Source of the DNA: Callorhinchus milii | Taxonomy: Eukaryota | DNA: 64,000 bases | Direction of reading: 5' to 3' | Assembly (NCBI RefSeq): GCF_018977255.1 | Contig: NW_024704742.1 | Location: forward strand, 137,950,001-138,014,000 | Part shown: piece by piece, positions 12,761-24,748 of the stretch | Position numbering within the stretch: the stretch's first letter is position 1 | Layout of the letters: each line of letters opens with the position of its first letter | Position numbers and translations under genes: made by a program | The notes under the pieces: model-generated | What the model was told of the DNA's origin: nothing | Database searches by the model: none | Seen by the model: only the letters and a program-made list of their open reading frames with translations

Positions 12761-13399
12761 GATTTGGTTGACCAACCAAAAAAGTTGGCTACCATTGGTT
12801 TAGACTGTGAGCTCAAAGTCCTGACGTGGGGCTTGTGAGGGGTTGTACGCTATACAAATGCTAGTTGTTGTTACTTGTTGAGTCCCTCAGCTCTTTTAAA
12901 AGCGGCATTGTATTGATAATAATAATAATCTTTGCATTTGATGTAGCGTCTTATCACATATCAGGATGGTTTGTGGAGAGAAAAACACAATTGCGGACGA
13001 GATGGGCCAATACACCTGTATCTGTGTTGCAACATTCTAGGATTTGCATTGAGTTCTGGTTGATCTGCCGTTGACAGGTCAGGGTGAGCGTGTCTTACTC
13101 CATGTGTAATCCTGTGCAACACACAGGCAAGGGTGAGAACTCTTCAAAATAATGCTCTAGGGCAAGAGTCCATGGCTCTTCTAAATGTCCTGACTGATCT
13201 TGTTTCTCTGTTGATGTTCCTTCACCAGCGATCCTTCACCTAGTTTCTCAATAGTAATTCATAGCTGAAGGGCCGGCTGTTTGTGTGCATGGGGACAGTG
13301 GATGGGCAGCGTTGAGCAATCACTGGCACCACAAGACTTTGGCAAAGAATGGAACAGTGAAAAATGATTACAAAGCAATGAGCCAGACTGTGAACATTT

Positions 13400-13830
13400 T
13401 TTTCCGGGTGCCTGATACATGCAGAAACCCATCACCGTGCTTAAGAGTATCCAAACCAAACTTGAGAATTTTATGCATCGCACCTACACATGGAAATTAC
13501 AGAGATAGATTGTTGGAATCGAATTTGCACTCTCTCCCTGGAGGGATACATCCGGCTTACCGAATTCCGGAAAGTATTAGGCACAGGTTGGCAAGTGCCA
13601 AGGTTTGGGGACCCCCAGACGGTGCTTTGGGGCAACTGCTAACCAGCTAAAACCACATAACGTAGATAGCCGTTGAAAGCGCTGTCTGGCAAACGTTCTC
13701 ACTGCTTTGGGACATCCTCCCGATGTGAAAGGCACGACACAAGTTGAATTTGTTGTTGTTTGTCCAGCAAGGACCACCTGCCTATTAGGGTTTTGGCATG
13801 GCTTAGGAACAGGACTACCGAGACTGCCGC
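13400..13830 (+). mobile_element. Third dispersed family, probably the 3' end of a CR1-group LINE
   Basis: Homologous copies at about 160-620, 10890-11260, 17730-17935, 26880-27060(-), 27340-27480(-) and 32830-33200(-). The frameshifted reading resembles an ORF2 C-terminus. Confidence 0.55.
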
Positions 13831-13849
13831 AGGGGGATGGCTTGATCCC

Positions 13850-15345
13850 GACATTCCTGCCAGAGTTCTGAATGACCTGCAGCTTGTGGAGGGAGGTGGC
13901 GGGAAGGCCGGCGAGGAGAGAGTTCCCATAGTCCAGCCTTGAGGTGACAAAGGCGTGACCAGGGTTTCAGCAGCGTGAGGGGTGAGGTAGTGCCGTAGTC
14001 TGGCGATGTTCCGGAGGTGATGGAAGGCGGTGCCAGTTGTGGTGCGGATGTGAGGGAGAAAGGACAGCTCAGGGTCGAACAAAACGCCGAGGTTCCTGAC
14101 TGGCTTTGAGAGGTGGAGAGTGCAGCCTTGGATGCTGATGGTGTCAGCGCCTGAGGTGCGGAGGCGCTGACGTGAGCCAATCAGGAGGGCCTCGGTTTTT
14201 CGCACGTTGAGCTGAAGAAAGTTGTCTCTCGTCCAGGACTCGATGTCGGACAGGCAGCTGTCAGGACATCGGTGGTCGTGGAGTTGAGAGTAGAGGAGGA
14301 AAGGTAGAGTTGGGTGTCATCCGCATACATGTGGAAGTTAACCCATGTCTGCGGATGATGTCACCAAGGGGGAGCATATAGAGGGTGAAGAGGAGGGGAC
14401 CGAGGACAGAGCCCTGAGGGACACCACATGAGACAGTACGGGGGGTGGAGGAGAAGCCATTCGTCGAGACAAAGTGAAGACGGTGAGAAAGGTACGACCT
14501 AAACCACTCAAGGACAGTGCCTTGAAGGTTGAGGTGGGAGGACAAGCGGTGGAGTAGGATAGCGTGGTCGACCGTATCGAATGCTGCCGATAGGTCGAGG
14601 AGGACGAGGAGACAGAGGGAGCCCTGGTCACAGATGGTCAGGATATCATTGGTGACCTTGACCAGGGCAGTTTCTGTGCTATGGGCAGCACGGAAACCTG
14701 ACTGAAGGGGTTCGAAAAGTGAATGGGTGGAAAGGAAAGAGCGCAGTTGGGAGGCGACAACTCTTTCCAGACCTTGGAGAGAAAGGGGAGGTTGGAGATG
14801 GGCCGGTAGCTTGATAGCTGCGACGCATCAAGGGAGGGTTTTTTCAGGGTGGGCGTGATGATGGCAGTTTTTAAGGGAATGGGACAGAGCCAGAGGAGAG
14901 GGACAGGTTGATGTAGTCAGATATGTGGGGCAAGAAAGTGGAGCTGGGAGATAAGGAGTGGAGTGGGGATGGGGTCAAGGGAGCAGGTGGTTGGTTTAGG
15001 GATAGGATGAGTTTGGTGACAGAGGGTGGGGAAACGGGTACAAAGTGAGTAGGGGAGGATGGGTAGGAGTCGGAGTGTGGGAGGAGGGGTGGGGGTGGTG
15101 GATGTTGGAGGGGAAGTGACCGCGGAGCGGATTCCCTTGATCTTGGATTCAAGGAAATCCAGCATCTCCTCGCAGTGAAGGTTGGAGGAGATGACCTGCG
15201 CGGGGTGGCGGGGGGGACGGAGGAGTCGGGTTGTGGTGGAAAACAGTAGCCTGGGGTTGTTCTTCGCCTCCAGGATTATCCTGGAGTAGAAGGACGACTT
15301 GGCAGCTCGTGAGATGTACCGCAGGGCGAGGAATAGCGATATCTC
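13850..15345 (-). mobile_element. L2-clade LINE ORF2 (reverse transcriptase) fragment
   Basis: Frameshifted RT motifs [52 protein letters not shown] and FHHLRNIARLR. Confidence 0.92.
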
Positions 15346-15917
15346 TGTGTCGGCCTGGCTCAGTGGTAGCGCTATCACCTCCGAGTCAGAAAGTTGTGGG
15401 TTCAAAACCCCACATCACACTTGGAATCACACGGTATAAGCTGACACACTTATGCAGCGCTGGAAGTCGTGTTGTATTCTCAGAGACACCATCCTTCAAA
15501 TGAGACATTAAGCCGACATCCCGTCTGTGCCCTGTTCAGGTGCCTGTTAAAGAACCCATGTTACTTGTTTTTTTCCCTCAGTTCTGCCCGATAATACTCC
15601 CAGATCATTTTTTTTATATGTTGCAAGATTGATGGATGCGGTTGGTGAGCGTGCGGGTGGGGGTTGCTGTAAGTGGAGGAGGGGGTGAGGTATGTGTGGA
15701 GGTGAGGTGTGTGTGGAGGTGGGGGTGATGGTGTGTGTAGGTGGGGTGGGGTTAATGTGTGCGCGCGCGTGTGGGGTGATGGGGGGTGTGGGGGGGTAGG
15801 GTGATGTGTTTGTGTGTGTGTATTTGGTGGTGGTGGTGGGGGGGGATTTTGTGTGTGTGTGTGTGTGTAGGGTGTGATGTGTTGCCCAGCAAAGCTTTGA
15901 CGCTCTCTCCTCCTCAG

Positions 15918-16019
15918 GTCACCATTTTAAGGCCCACAAAGCGGTGCTGGCCGCCTGCAGCCAATTCTTCTGTCGCTTTTTCCAGGATTTCAGGGAGGAG
16001 CCTCTGGTGGAGATTGAAG
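15918..16019 (+). CDS. ZNF131: ZNF131 BTB-domain exon (GHHFKAHKAVLAACSQFFCRFFQDFREEPLVEIE)
   Basis: Acceptor tcctcag, donor G|gtgaga, 102 nt, phase 1-1. Translation closely matches the vertebrate ZNF131 BTB segment GHHFKAHKAVLAACSKFFYKFFQEFTQEPLVEIEG as recalled. Confidence 0.95.
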
Positions 16020-16320
16020 GTGAGATGTTCGCTCGTCAGATGATATCATCATTAATAATAATAATAATAATAATGTTACATCCCATGCCGCGCCTCTCAC
16101 ATCGGGTGGACGTCTCAAAGCGCTTCACAGAATTCACCGTAAAGAGCAGTGACTGCTCGGGTGCACATCCGTGACTGTCCAGCACCTTGGGACATCCTCC
16201 CAAAGTGAAAGCTCAGGCTCCTTCTCTGTCTGTGCAAAGTGTTCAGGACTCTCTCCTTATGAAAGCCACTAAATAAGTGCAAATGATTGTAGTTAAAGCA
16301 TTTTGAGATGCCCCAGGCTC

Positions 16321-16640
16321 TTAATAATAATAATAATCCTTGCATTTGATATAGCGCTTTTCACGTCGGGAGGACGTCCCAAAGCGCTTCACAGAATATA
16401 CTGTAAAGGGAATTGACTGTATATTTGTGGGCGAACGCGGCAGCCAATTGCGCACAGCAATGTCCCACAAACAGTCGTAGATTGAAAATGACCAATTTAT
16501 TATTGTTTTGGTTTTGGAGGTTATTATTAGGCTCTGTGTGGAGTAAGGAAACTTGCCCAAAGTTTCGCCCTCTGCCTGGATTGAACTCAGGTCTCTCACT
16601 TGCAAAGCGAGTGCTCTAACCACTGAGCTACAGGACTCCA
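16321..16640 (-). mobile_element. tRNA-derived SINE, full length (ZNF131 intron)
   Basis: Reverse complement of the family; a partial copy is at 17295-17515. Confidence 0.9.
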
Positions 16641-16644
16641 CTTC

Positions 16645-17070
16645 TCAAACTCAAGATCCTCATCCTCACCTACAAGGCCATTCACGGCCTCGCTCCCTCC
16701 TACCTCTCTGACCTACTATCCCCCCCCCGTACCCTCCGTTCCTCGGCTCCGGTCTGCTCCACATCCCCCGCCCCACCGCCCGACCATCGGTGGCCTTCAG
16801 CCTCTCAGCCCGAGGCTCTGGGACTCCATCCCCAGTGCCTTCGACGCTCCTCCCTTTCCTCCTTCAAGGCCGGTCTCAAGACCTTCTCTCTGACCTTCAG
16901 CCTTCAGCTCCGCTCTCGACTCTCTTCCCCCTCCTCGCTCCCTCCTCCCTCCCCTCACCCTGACCATTTCCCCCCCCAATGCTCGGGTCCTGACCCAACT
17001 GTACAGCGCCTTGGGACGTCCTCCCGACGTGAAAGGCGCTCTATAAAAGGAATCTTGTTGTTGTTGTTCT
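16645..17070 (+). mobile_element. L2 3' end with (TTG)n tail
   Basis: ORF2 end (KILILTYKAIHGLAPSYL) and 3' tail gggacgtcctcccgacgtgaaaggcgct...(ttg)n. Confidence 0.88.
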
Positions 17071-17542
17071 TATTCTATTCTAATAATAGGATCTCTATTC
17101 TGCTCAACGTTTACTATTTTACAATTGTTATGATTGTTAATATTGTTCTTTTTGTTACTAAGTCATCATAATTGTTACTTTTGTTGGTAAAATTGTTACG
17201 AATGTCGTTAAAATTGTTACCAATGTTGGTATAATTGTTACTATTCTAATTGTTGCTAATGTTGGTATAATTGTTACTATTATTCTACTTGTTACTATAA
17301 TAATAATAATAATAATAATCCTTGCATTTGATATAGCGCTTTCACGTCGGGAGGACGTCCCAAAGCGCTTCACAGAACACACTGTAAAGTGAATTGACTG
17401 TATATTTGTGGGGGAACGCGGCAGCCGATTGCGCACAGCAATGTCCCACAAACAGTCGTGGATTGAAAATGACCAATTTATTATTGTTTTGGGTTTTTGG
17501 AGGGATTATTATTATAAGCTCTCGTTGTTGTTCTTGTCACAG

Positions 17543-17687
17543 GGGTGAGTAACCTGGCGTTCCGTCACTTGATCGAGTTCACCTACACGGCCAGGCTGAT
17601 GGTGCTACAGGAGGAGGAGGCGAGCGATGTGTGGAAGGCGGCCGAATATTTACAGATGGAGGAGGCCATTAAAGCTCTCAACAACAG
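17543..17687 (+). CDS. ZNF131: ZNF131 BTB exon (GVSNLAFRHLIEFTYTARLMV...DVWKAAEYLQMEEAIKALNNR)
   Basis: Acceptor tcacag, donor AG|gtaatg, 145 nt, phase 1-2, in frame with the previous exon. Matches ZNF131 VSKMAFRHLIEFTYTAKLM...DVWKAAEFLQM. Confidence 0.95.
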
Positions 17688-17939
17688 GTAATGTCATCGG
17701 GAGGTGTACAAACCCCTCACTCGTACATGGACAACTGCTGGACTCTAACCAGCTAAATCCACACAGCTTGGCCGTTGATGTCGCTGTCTGGCCAGCTTTC
17801 CCGCTGCTCGTCCAGTTAGGACCACCCTATCCATTAGGGCTTTGGCTGTAGGGTTAACAGGAGCTGAGGGGGAGGATTCCCTGCCCCAGTGACTGGTCGG
17901 CCCTTCCAGGTCCTACTGCTGAGCCAGGCTGGGTTATGA

Positions 17940-18800
17940 TGCAAAAAGATTGCAGCGGGACATAGATAGGCTCGGGGAGTGGGCGAGGAGGTGGCAGATG
18001 GAATTTAATGTGGGGAAGTGTGAGGTTATTCACCCGGGTAGAAAAAATAGAAAAACAGATTATTTTCTAGAGAGGGAGAGATTAGATAGTGTTAGTGTTC
18101 AGAGGGATTTGGGTGTTCGTGTACACCGGTCTCAAAAAGTTAGTTTGCAGTGCAGCAGCAACTAAGATGGCGAACGGCAGTTAGCGTTCATTGCAAAAGG
18201 TTTAGAGTACAAGAGTAGGGAAGTCTTACTGCAACTTTATAGGGCTTTGGTGAGACCGCACCGAGAGTATTGTGTGCAGTTTTGGTCCTTATTTAAAAAA
18301 GGACACACTTGCCCTCGAGGGGGTGCAGCGTAGATTCACTCGGTTAGTTCCTGGGATGAGGGGACTGACCTATGAGAGGCTGAATAAACTGGGGCTGTAT
18401 TCTCCAGAGTACAGAAGAATTAGGGGAGATCTTATTGAAACATATAAGATTCTTAAAGAGCTGATAAAGTAGACACTGAGGGTCTGTTTCCCCGGGAGGA
18501 GAATCTATAACCAGGGGTCACAGTCTGAAAATTAAGGGTCAGCCTTTTAGAACAGAGTTGAGAAAACATTTCTTCACTCAGAGGGTAGTGAACTTATGGA
18601 ATCCACTACCCCAGAAGGCTGTAGATGTCAGTCCTTGAACATCTTCAAGGCTGAGACTGATAGATTTTTAAAAAAACAGAGGGTTTAGGGGATATGGGGA
18701 GAGGGCGGGTAATTAGAGTTAGGTCTGAAGATCAGCCATGATCTTATCGAATGGCGGGGCACAGGCTCGAGGGGCTGAATGGCCTACTCCTGCTCCTGTC
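17940..18800 (+). mobile_element. CR1 LINE 3' fragment
   Basis: QRDIDRLGEWARRWQMEFNVGKCEVIH and RRIRGDLIETYKI, plus the CR1 3' UTR GATCAGCCATGATC...GAATGGCCTACTCCTGCTCCT. Confidence 0.92.
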
Positions 18801-19082
18801 TCAGTGTATCTGACAGCGATGATCTGGGTTTACTTTTCAATCCCATTTACACTGTTACACACCTCTGCTCCCCTCTCATCGTCTTCTCATCAACCCCTGG
18901 TAACAGCCTGAGTCTGTCTAAATACATCTAAACTCAAGGCCTCTTGTTCTACTGTCTCAACTGACAGCATACGGGACTCATCCCTTCCACTTACACACCT
19001 CTGGGACGTCCCCTCTCAGCTCTGTCTCTCAACCCTGAACCAGCCTGCTCTAATCATACACCTCACTGCTCTCCCTCCTAAC

Positions 19083-19350
19083 CTGGGATCAGCCTCACTG
19101 CTCTCCTCTGTCTCTAACACTGGGATCAGCCTCACTGCTCTCCTCTGTCTCTAACACTGGGATCAGCCTCACTGCTCTCCTCTGTCTCTAACACTGGGAT
19201 CAGCCTCACTGCTCTCCTCTGTCTCTAACACTGGGATCAGCCTCACTGCTCTCCTCTATCTCTAACCCTGGGATCAGCCTCGCTGCTCTCCTCTGGCTCT
19301 GACACTGGGATCAGCCTCGCTGCTCTCCTCTGTCTGTAACACTGGGATCA
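19083..19350 (+). repeat. 37-bp intronic minisatellite
   Basis: Unit ctgggatcagcctcactgctctcctctgtctctaaca, about 7 copies. Confidence 0.95.
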
Positions 19351-19567
19351 GTCTGGCTGCTCTCTCTGCATAGTCTTTAGCGCACGGGTGGCCCTTACGT
19401 TGTGATCAGAGCTGTCAGAAAAGGTGCTGCCTGACCAGACGCTATACGGCCTGAGAATGGTGTCTGGGGATCTGAACTCAGCTGTTTACCTGTTTGTTGC
19501 CGCCTCACACTGTCTTCGCGCTGTTCCCAATGTCCGCCTGACCGTCTCTGCTCCCGTTTTGTCCCAG

Positions 19568-19862
19568 GAACAAAGCTTCCTCTCCGGCCAGCAGTGCCGA
19601 GGGGGCCGGGGGAAGGAAAGCCAAGAAGCGGACCATCGCCGAGACGTCCAACGTGATCACGGAGACGCTGCCGTCCATCCAGGAGCCGGAGACGCTGGAG
19701 ATCGAGCAGGACGGCGCCGTGTTTGCGGCCCAGATCGTGGAGATCGAGGCAGCCCCCAGCGTGGGGGATGCCGGAGAGGGGCGGCCCGGGGCCGAGGAGA
19801 CGGCCAAGGCCTGCCGCGAGGTGGAGGAGGACAGGCCGGAGGGGGCAGCCGAGGCGGGAGAG
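19568..19862 (+). CDS. ZNF131: ZNF131 linker exon (NKASS...KAKKRTIAETSNVITETLPS...EAGE)
   Basis: Acceptor tcccag, phase 2 start. Motif AKKRTIAETSNVITETLPS matches ZNF131 AKKRKIAETSNVITESLPS. Donor GAG|gtcagc is inferred from the phase-0 start of the next exon. Confidence 0.85.
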
Positions 19863-20860
19863 GTCAGCAAAGTCACTGCAGCCTCTTCAGAGCTGCCAAA
19901 CACCAACATGAGACAAAAGTCAATCCCAATTCAAATTTATACACCGTCTCAGAGTCCTGGATGGGCACCTGAGCTAATGATAATAATACTAATAATCCTT
20001 GCGATGGATACAGCGCCTTATCATGTTGTTGAGACGTCTCACAAAGCGCTTCACAGGATATACTGTAAAGCAGAACAAAAACAGAAGTCGCTGGGAACCC
20101 TCAGCAGGTCAGGCAGCATCCATGGAGAAAGGAAAGTGACTCAATGTTTCAGGTCCACGACCCTTCGTCAGAACAACCCCGCCCTTTGTTTTGCATCATT
20201 AACACCTCTTTAACCCATCATCCCCCGTCCTCTACCCCATTGTCTCCTTTGTCTTCCTTGCCCTGACTCCCCCCTCCCTGTTAGCCCTTAAAAGCCTCTC
20301 CCCCTCCAGAGTGCCCCAGTTCTGACGAAGGGTCGTGGACCCGAAACGTTGACTCGTTTTCCTCTCTCCACAGATGCCGCCTGACCTGCTGAGGGCTCCC
20401 AGCGACTTGGGTTTTTGTTTCAGATTTTCAGCATCTGCAGTATTTTGTGTTTTGTTTGTACTGTAAAGTGAATTGACTGTATATTTTGTGGGTGGAATGC
20501 TGCAGCCAATTGCGCACAGCAGCGTCCCACAAACAGTCTTGGATTTTTTTTTTGGAGGGATCATTACCCCCGGAAAGCGATCCACCAATCAACTAACAAC
20601 CAGGTTCCTACTCACTGCTGATAAACAGAGGCGTGTGGAGTAAGGAAACTTGCCCAACATTTCGTCCTGCCAGGAATCAAACCCGGGTCATCTTGCTTAC
20701 GAGGCAAACGCACTAACCACTACTCTATGGGACTCTACTTACACATGTGTCTAACTCGCCACTCCTGATAACTCGTCACCCTCGTCAGTGATGAGGTATC
20801 AGGAGTATAGACTATGTTATCAGTATGTTAGTATGATAAGTGTTACTGTCTGCTCTGTAG

Positions 20861-21305
20861 GGGGAGTCGGTGGGCTCTGCATTGGCCCTGTTGGCTGACA
20901 TCACTAGCAAGTACCAGCAGGACGAGAGGGAGCGGGAGCTGGAGAAGGACGGGGAGGCGGGGGCTGCCGTGCGGGAGGTGGGGGCGGAGGCGGGGGTCCA
21001 TGTGGTCGAGGTCCTGGCTCAGGGAGACAAGCTGTTTTGCTGTGAGAAGTGCAGCCGCTCGTTCAGACTTTACTACCACTTTAAGGAGCACCTGAAGGTT
21101 CACTCGGGTGAGATCTACGCCTGTCACCTGTGTAACAAGCGCTACACAAGGGAGAGCGCCTGGAAACAGCACCTGGCCTGGCACCAGGAGGAGGAGGCCG
21201 GCAGCAAGAAGCCTCGCTGTATGCGCAAGGTCCACGTCTGCCAGTACTGCCAGAAGCAGTTTGACCACTTTGGACACTTTAAAGAGCATCTCAGGAAACA
21301 CACGG
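20861..21305 (+). CDS. ZNF131: ZNF131 exon with three C2H2 zinc fingers
   Basis: Acceptor ctgtag, donor G|gtaaga, 445 nt. Contains SALALLADITSKY, CEKCSRSFRLYYHFKEH, CNKRYTRESAWKQH and HVCQYCQKQFDHFGHFKEHLRKHT, characteristic of ZNF131. Confidence 0.96.
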
Positions 21306-22526
21306 GTAAGACACCCTGCTCCAGGTGCCGCTATGCACCCCGCCACCAGGTGGCAGCACCTCACCAGGTAAGTGGCTTCTTCCAAGCCGGATCCCGAGGC
21401 GGCCATTTTTTTCTCCTCGGAGGAGGACGATTTTTGGTTTGTGAATTTTAGCCCCGAAAATCAGGATTGAAGGTTTCTTTCTGGTTATATGTTTCCTGGT
21501 GCTGACCTGCGCAGGAATGGCCACCCAACCCCCCACCACATTGTCCTTTGGGTGAGATGGTAAACCTCACTCCCTGTCTGTCCCTGTTCAGGTGGGCGTT
21601 AAAGATCGTGTGGCACTTAATGGGAAGGAGAAGGGAGTTTCTCTTTCGGTGTCCTGGCTGACAATCCGCTAACTAAAATTGATCGTTCATTTCACGGATA
21701 TTTCTGAGATGTTGCTGTCATGTTTGCCTAAAAATACAATTTATATTTACTGTCTATAGTGACTTTCAAATAGGAAGAACGTCTCAAAGCGCTTAAAATA
21801 CACAGTCACTCCACTTTACAGTTAATCCTGCGAAGAGCTTTGAGACGTCCTCCTGACTTGAAAGGTGTTGTGTCAAACGTAAGGATTATTATGATTAATT
21901 TATAGGGGAGATTGTCAACCAGGAAACCAGGAGAAACTCCCTTCTCTGAGATTCACCCAGTAACTCCCTCTATATATAGCACAGACACACACACACCACA
22001 TGTACAGGCAGAGACGAACAAACACATGCGTGAGCAGATGGTTCCAGCCACGCCCAGTCCTGTCCGGATGTACAGATCGATTTCAAGCTCCTCACTCTCT
22101 CATGTACAAATCACTTCCTGCCCTGGCACCTCCCTACCTCTCTAACCTTACATCTTACTGTTTCACCTGCTGCCTCTGCTCGGCTGTTCTTGATCACCTC
22201 CGCTCCACCATCGGCAGCCGAGCTTTCAGCCACTAACGCCCTGAAACAGTGGAATTCTCTGCCTCAATCCCTCTCCTTTCCCATCTTCAGATAACATCCC
22301 TGTGTGAAGGGCTGTATATAAATTCAAGTTATTTTCATCGCACACAAAATCCACAGTCAATATGCTTTACTTTGAAACGTCTTGATGACGTGATAAGGCA
22401 CTGTATCAAATGCAAAGACTAGTTGATGGCGGAGGCGGTGGCTGAGGGAAGCACTGTGTGTGACTGTGTCCTGCCAGGCCTGGGGAAACGATGAACTGAT
22501 GCCCTTTTTTTCCCCTCTTGGATCAG

Positions 22527-22657
22527 GAGAGAAACCCTTCGAGTGTCCGAACTGCCACGAGCGGTTTGCGAGGAACAGCACACTGAAATGTCACCTGGTG
22601 GCTTGTCGCACTGGCGTGGGCGCCAAGAAAGGCCGCAAGAAGCTGTACGAGTGCCAG
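22527..22657 (+). CDS. ZNF131: ZNF131 zinc-finger exon (GEKPFECPNCHERFARNSTLKCHL...KKGRKKLYECQ)
   Basis: Acceptor atcag, donor CAG|gtacag, 131 nt, phase 1-0. Near identity to recalled ZNF131. Confidence 0.96.
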
Positions 22658-22974
22658 GTACAGGCGCAACCCACCCTCGCTCACACCAGCCCCCACCCTT
22701 TGGAACTCCATCCCACATTCCCTCCGCCTGGATCCTTCCCCAAGGCCCATCTCAAGACCCTCCTCTTTGACCGAGCCTTTGATCACCCTCCCTACCCTGA
22801 ACCTAATCCCCAGCTCGGGTCCAAATCTCTGACTGTCCAGCGCCTTGGGACTTCCTCCTGACATGAAAGGCGCCGTGTAAATGTAATATGTTGTTGTTGT
22901 TGAGCTCACAGTCCAGGCTGAGGCTCCAGTAATGGAGTGAGCGCCGCATTGTCAGTGAGTGATGCTGTCCTTCG

Positions 22975-23303
22975 GATAATAATAATAATAATAAGCCTTG
23001 CATTTAATATTGCGCTTTTCACATCTTCTCGATGTCTCAAAGCGCTTCACAGAATATACTGTAAAGTGAATTGACTGTATATTTGTGGGCGAACGCGGCA
23101 GTCAATTGCGCACAGCAATGTCCCACAAACAGTCGTGGATTGAAAATGACCAATTTATTATTGTTTTGGGTTTTGGAGGGATTATTATTAGGCTCTGTGT
23201 GGAGTGAGGAAACTTGCCCAAGGTTTCGCCCTCTGCCTGGAATTGAACTCAGGTCTCTCGCTTGCAAAGCGAGTGCTCTAACCACTGAGCTGCAGGACTC
23301 CAC
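22975..23303 (-). mobile_element. tRNA-derived SINE, full length (ZNF131 intron)
   Basis: Reverse complement of the family. Confidence 0.9.
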
Positions 23304-24448
23304 ATGTTAGAGATCCCTCACGGAACTATTGGAAAAGAGAATGGAGTTTCTCTCTCTCCTGGTGCCCTGGCTGACAATGTCCACTTGCTTGTTCACTTGG
23401 TGGCTGTTTGTGGGGCATTCCTGATATTTTGGTGCTTTGTTGGCGAAATGTAAAATTTCGTTCAAATTTAATTCGTCAAAAGTTTTGCGGCAGCTGATTT
23501 GCTCACAGCGAAGTCCCACAAACAGCCGTGAAGGAACGAGGGATTTTATAATAAATAATAATAATAATCCTTGCATTTGATATAGCACCGTATCACGTGG
23601 TTGAGACGTCTCAAAGCGCTTCACAGAATATACTGTAAAGTGAATTGAAGGTATATTTTTGTAGGTGAAATGCGGCAGCCAATTGCACATAGTTGTGGAT
23701 TGAGGGATCAAATTATTATTATTTTTTAAATTTGAAGGGATTATTATCCCCGGAAAAGCGATCCGTCAATCGACCAACAGCTACTTACTGTTAGGTAAAC
23801 AGAGGTGTGTGGAGTAAGGAAACTTGCCTATAGTTTCGCCCTGTCCGGGAATCTTTTAACGTCCACCTGAACAGGGCTCAGACGGGGAGTTCGGTTTAAC
23901 CCCTCACCCGAAGGATGGGTTTCTGACAATGCGGCGTTCTCTCCCCCCAGCGCTGTGCATCAGTCTGGTCTGTGAGCTCATTAAGACCTCGAACCCACAA
24001 TGTTCTGACTCGGAGTCGAGAGCGCGAGGTGCCGAGCCAGGCTGACGCACAACAAACTCTTTCAGGGATTGTGAAGCAGTGGGAGTGACAACAACAACAA
24101 CTTGCATTTACACAGCGTCCCTCACGCAGGCAGCGTCCCAGAGCTTGGCAGTGGCGGAACACGATTCAGAGCTGGGGGAGGGGGTGGCGACCGTAGGCAC
24201 GGTGGAAGAGGAAGGTCTTCAGGCGTGACCTGAAGATGGGGAAGGAAGGGGCAAGGCGGCGGGATAGAGGAAGAGTGTTCCAGAGTTTCGGGGCCTAGTG
24301 GCTGAAAGCGTGGCCACCGATGGTGGAATGGAGGGGACGAGAGACATGCAGGGAGTCGGTCGAGCAGATAGTGGGTTGGGGAGGAAGCTCGGAGAGGGAG
24401 GGAGGTGACCCAGGTGGGGTTTGACTGATTGCTGTCTGCTCTCGGCAG

Positions 24449-24748
24449 GTTTGCTGCAGTGTCTTCCCGAGCTGGGACCAGTTCAAGAGCCACCTGGCGG
24501 TGCACACGGGGGCCAAGCCCAACCATTGCACTTTGTGTGACATGTGGTTCATGCGCCCGGGCGAACTGCGGCAGCACCTGAGGGAGGTGCACGGCCTGGC
24601 ACAGCTCGAGCCAGAGGCTGAACCCGAACCAGAGCCAGAGCCAGAGCCGGAGACAGACCCCGAGCTCTCCCACATCGTGGTCCCCATGGAGCTGATCGAA
24701 GCTGAAGCTGTGGCCGGCGAGACCGTCATCGAGCAGGTCACCGTGTAG
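24449..24748 (+). CDS. ZNF131: ZNF131 last coding exon (VCCSVFPSWDQFKSHL...CTLCDMWF...EP repeat...VTV*)
   Basis: Acceptor cggcag, phase 0, two zinc fingers matching ZNF131 SWDQFKDHL and KPNHCTLCDLWF, then TAG at 24746-24748. Confidence 0.9.
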   Translation, partial: VCCSVFPSWDQFKSHLAVHTGAKPNHCTLCDMWFMRPGELRQHLREVHGLAQLEPEAEPEPEPEPEPETDPELSHIVVPMELIEAEAVAGETVIEQVTV

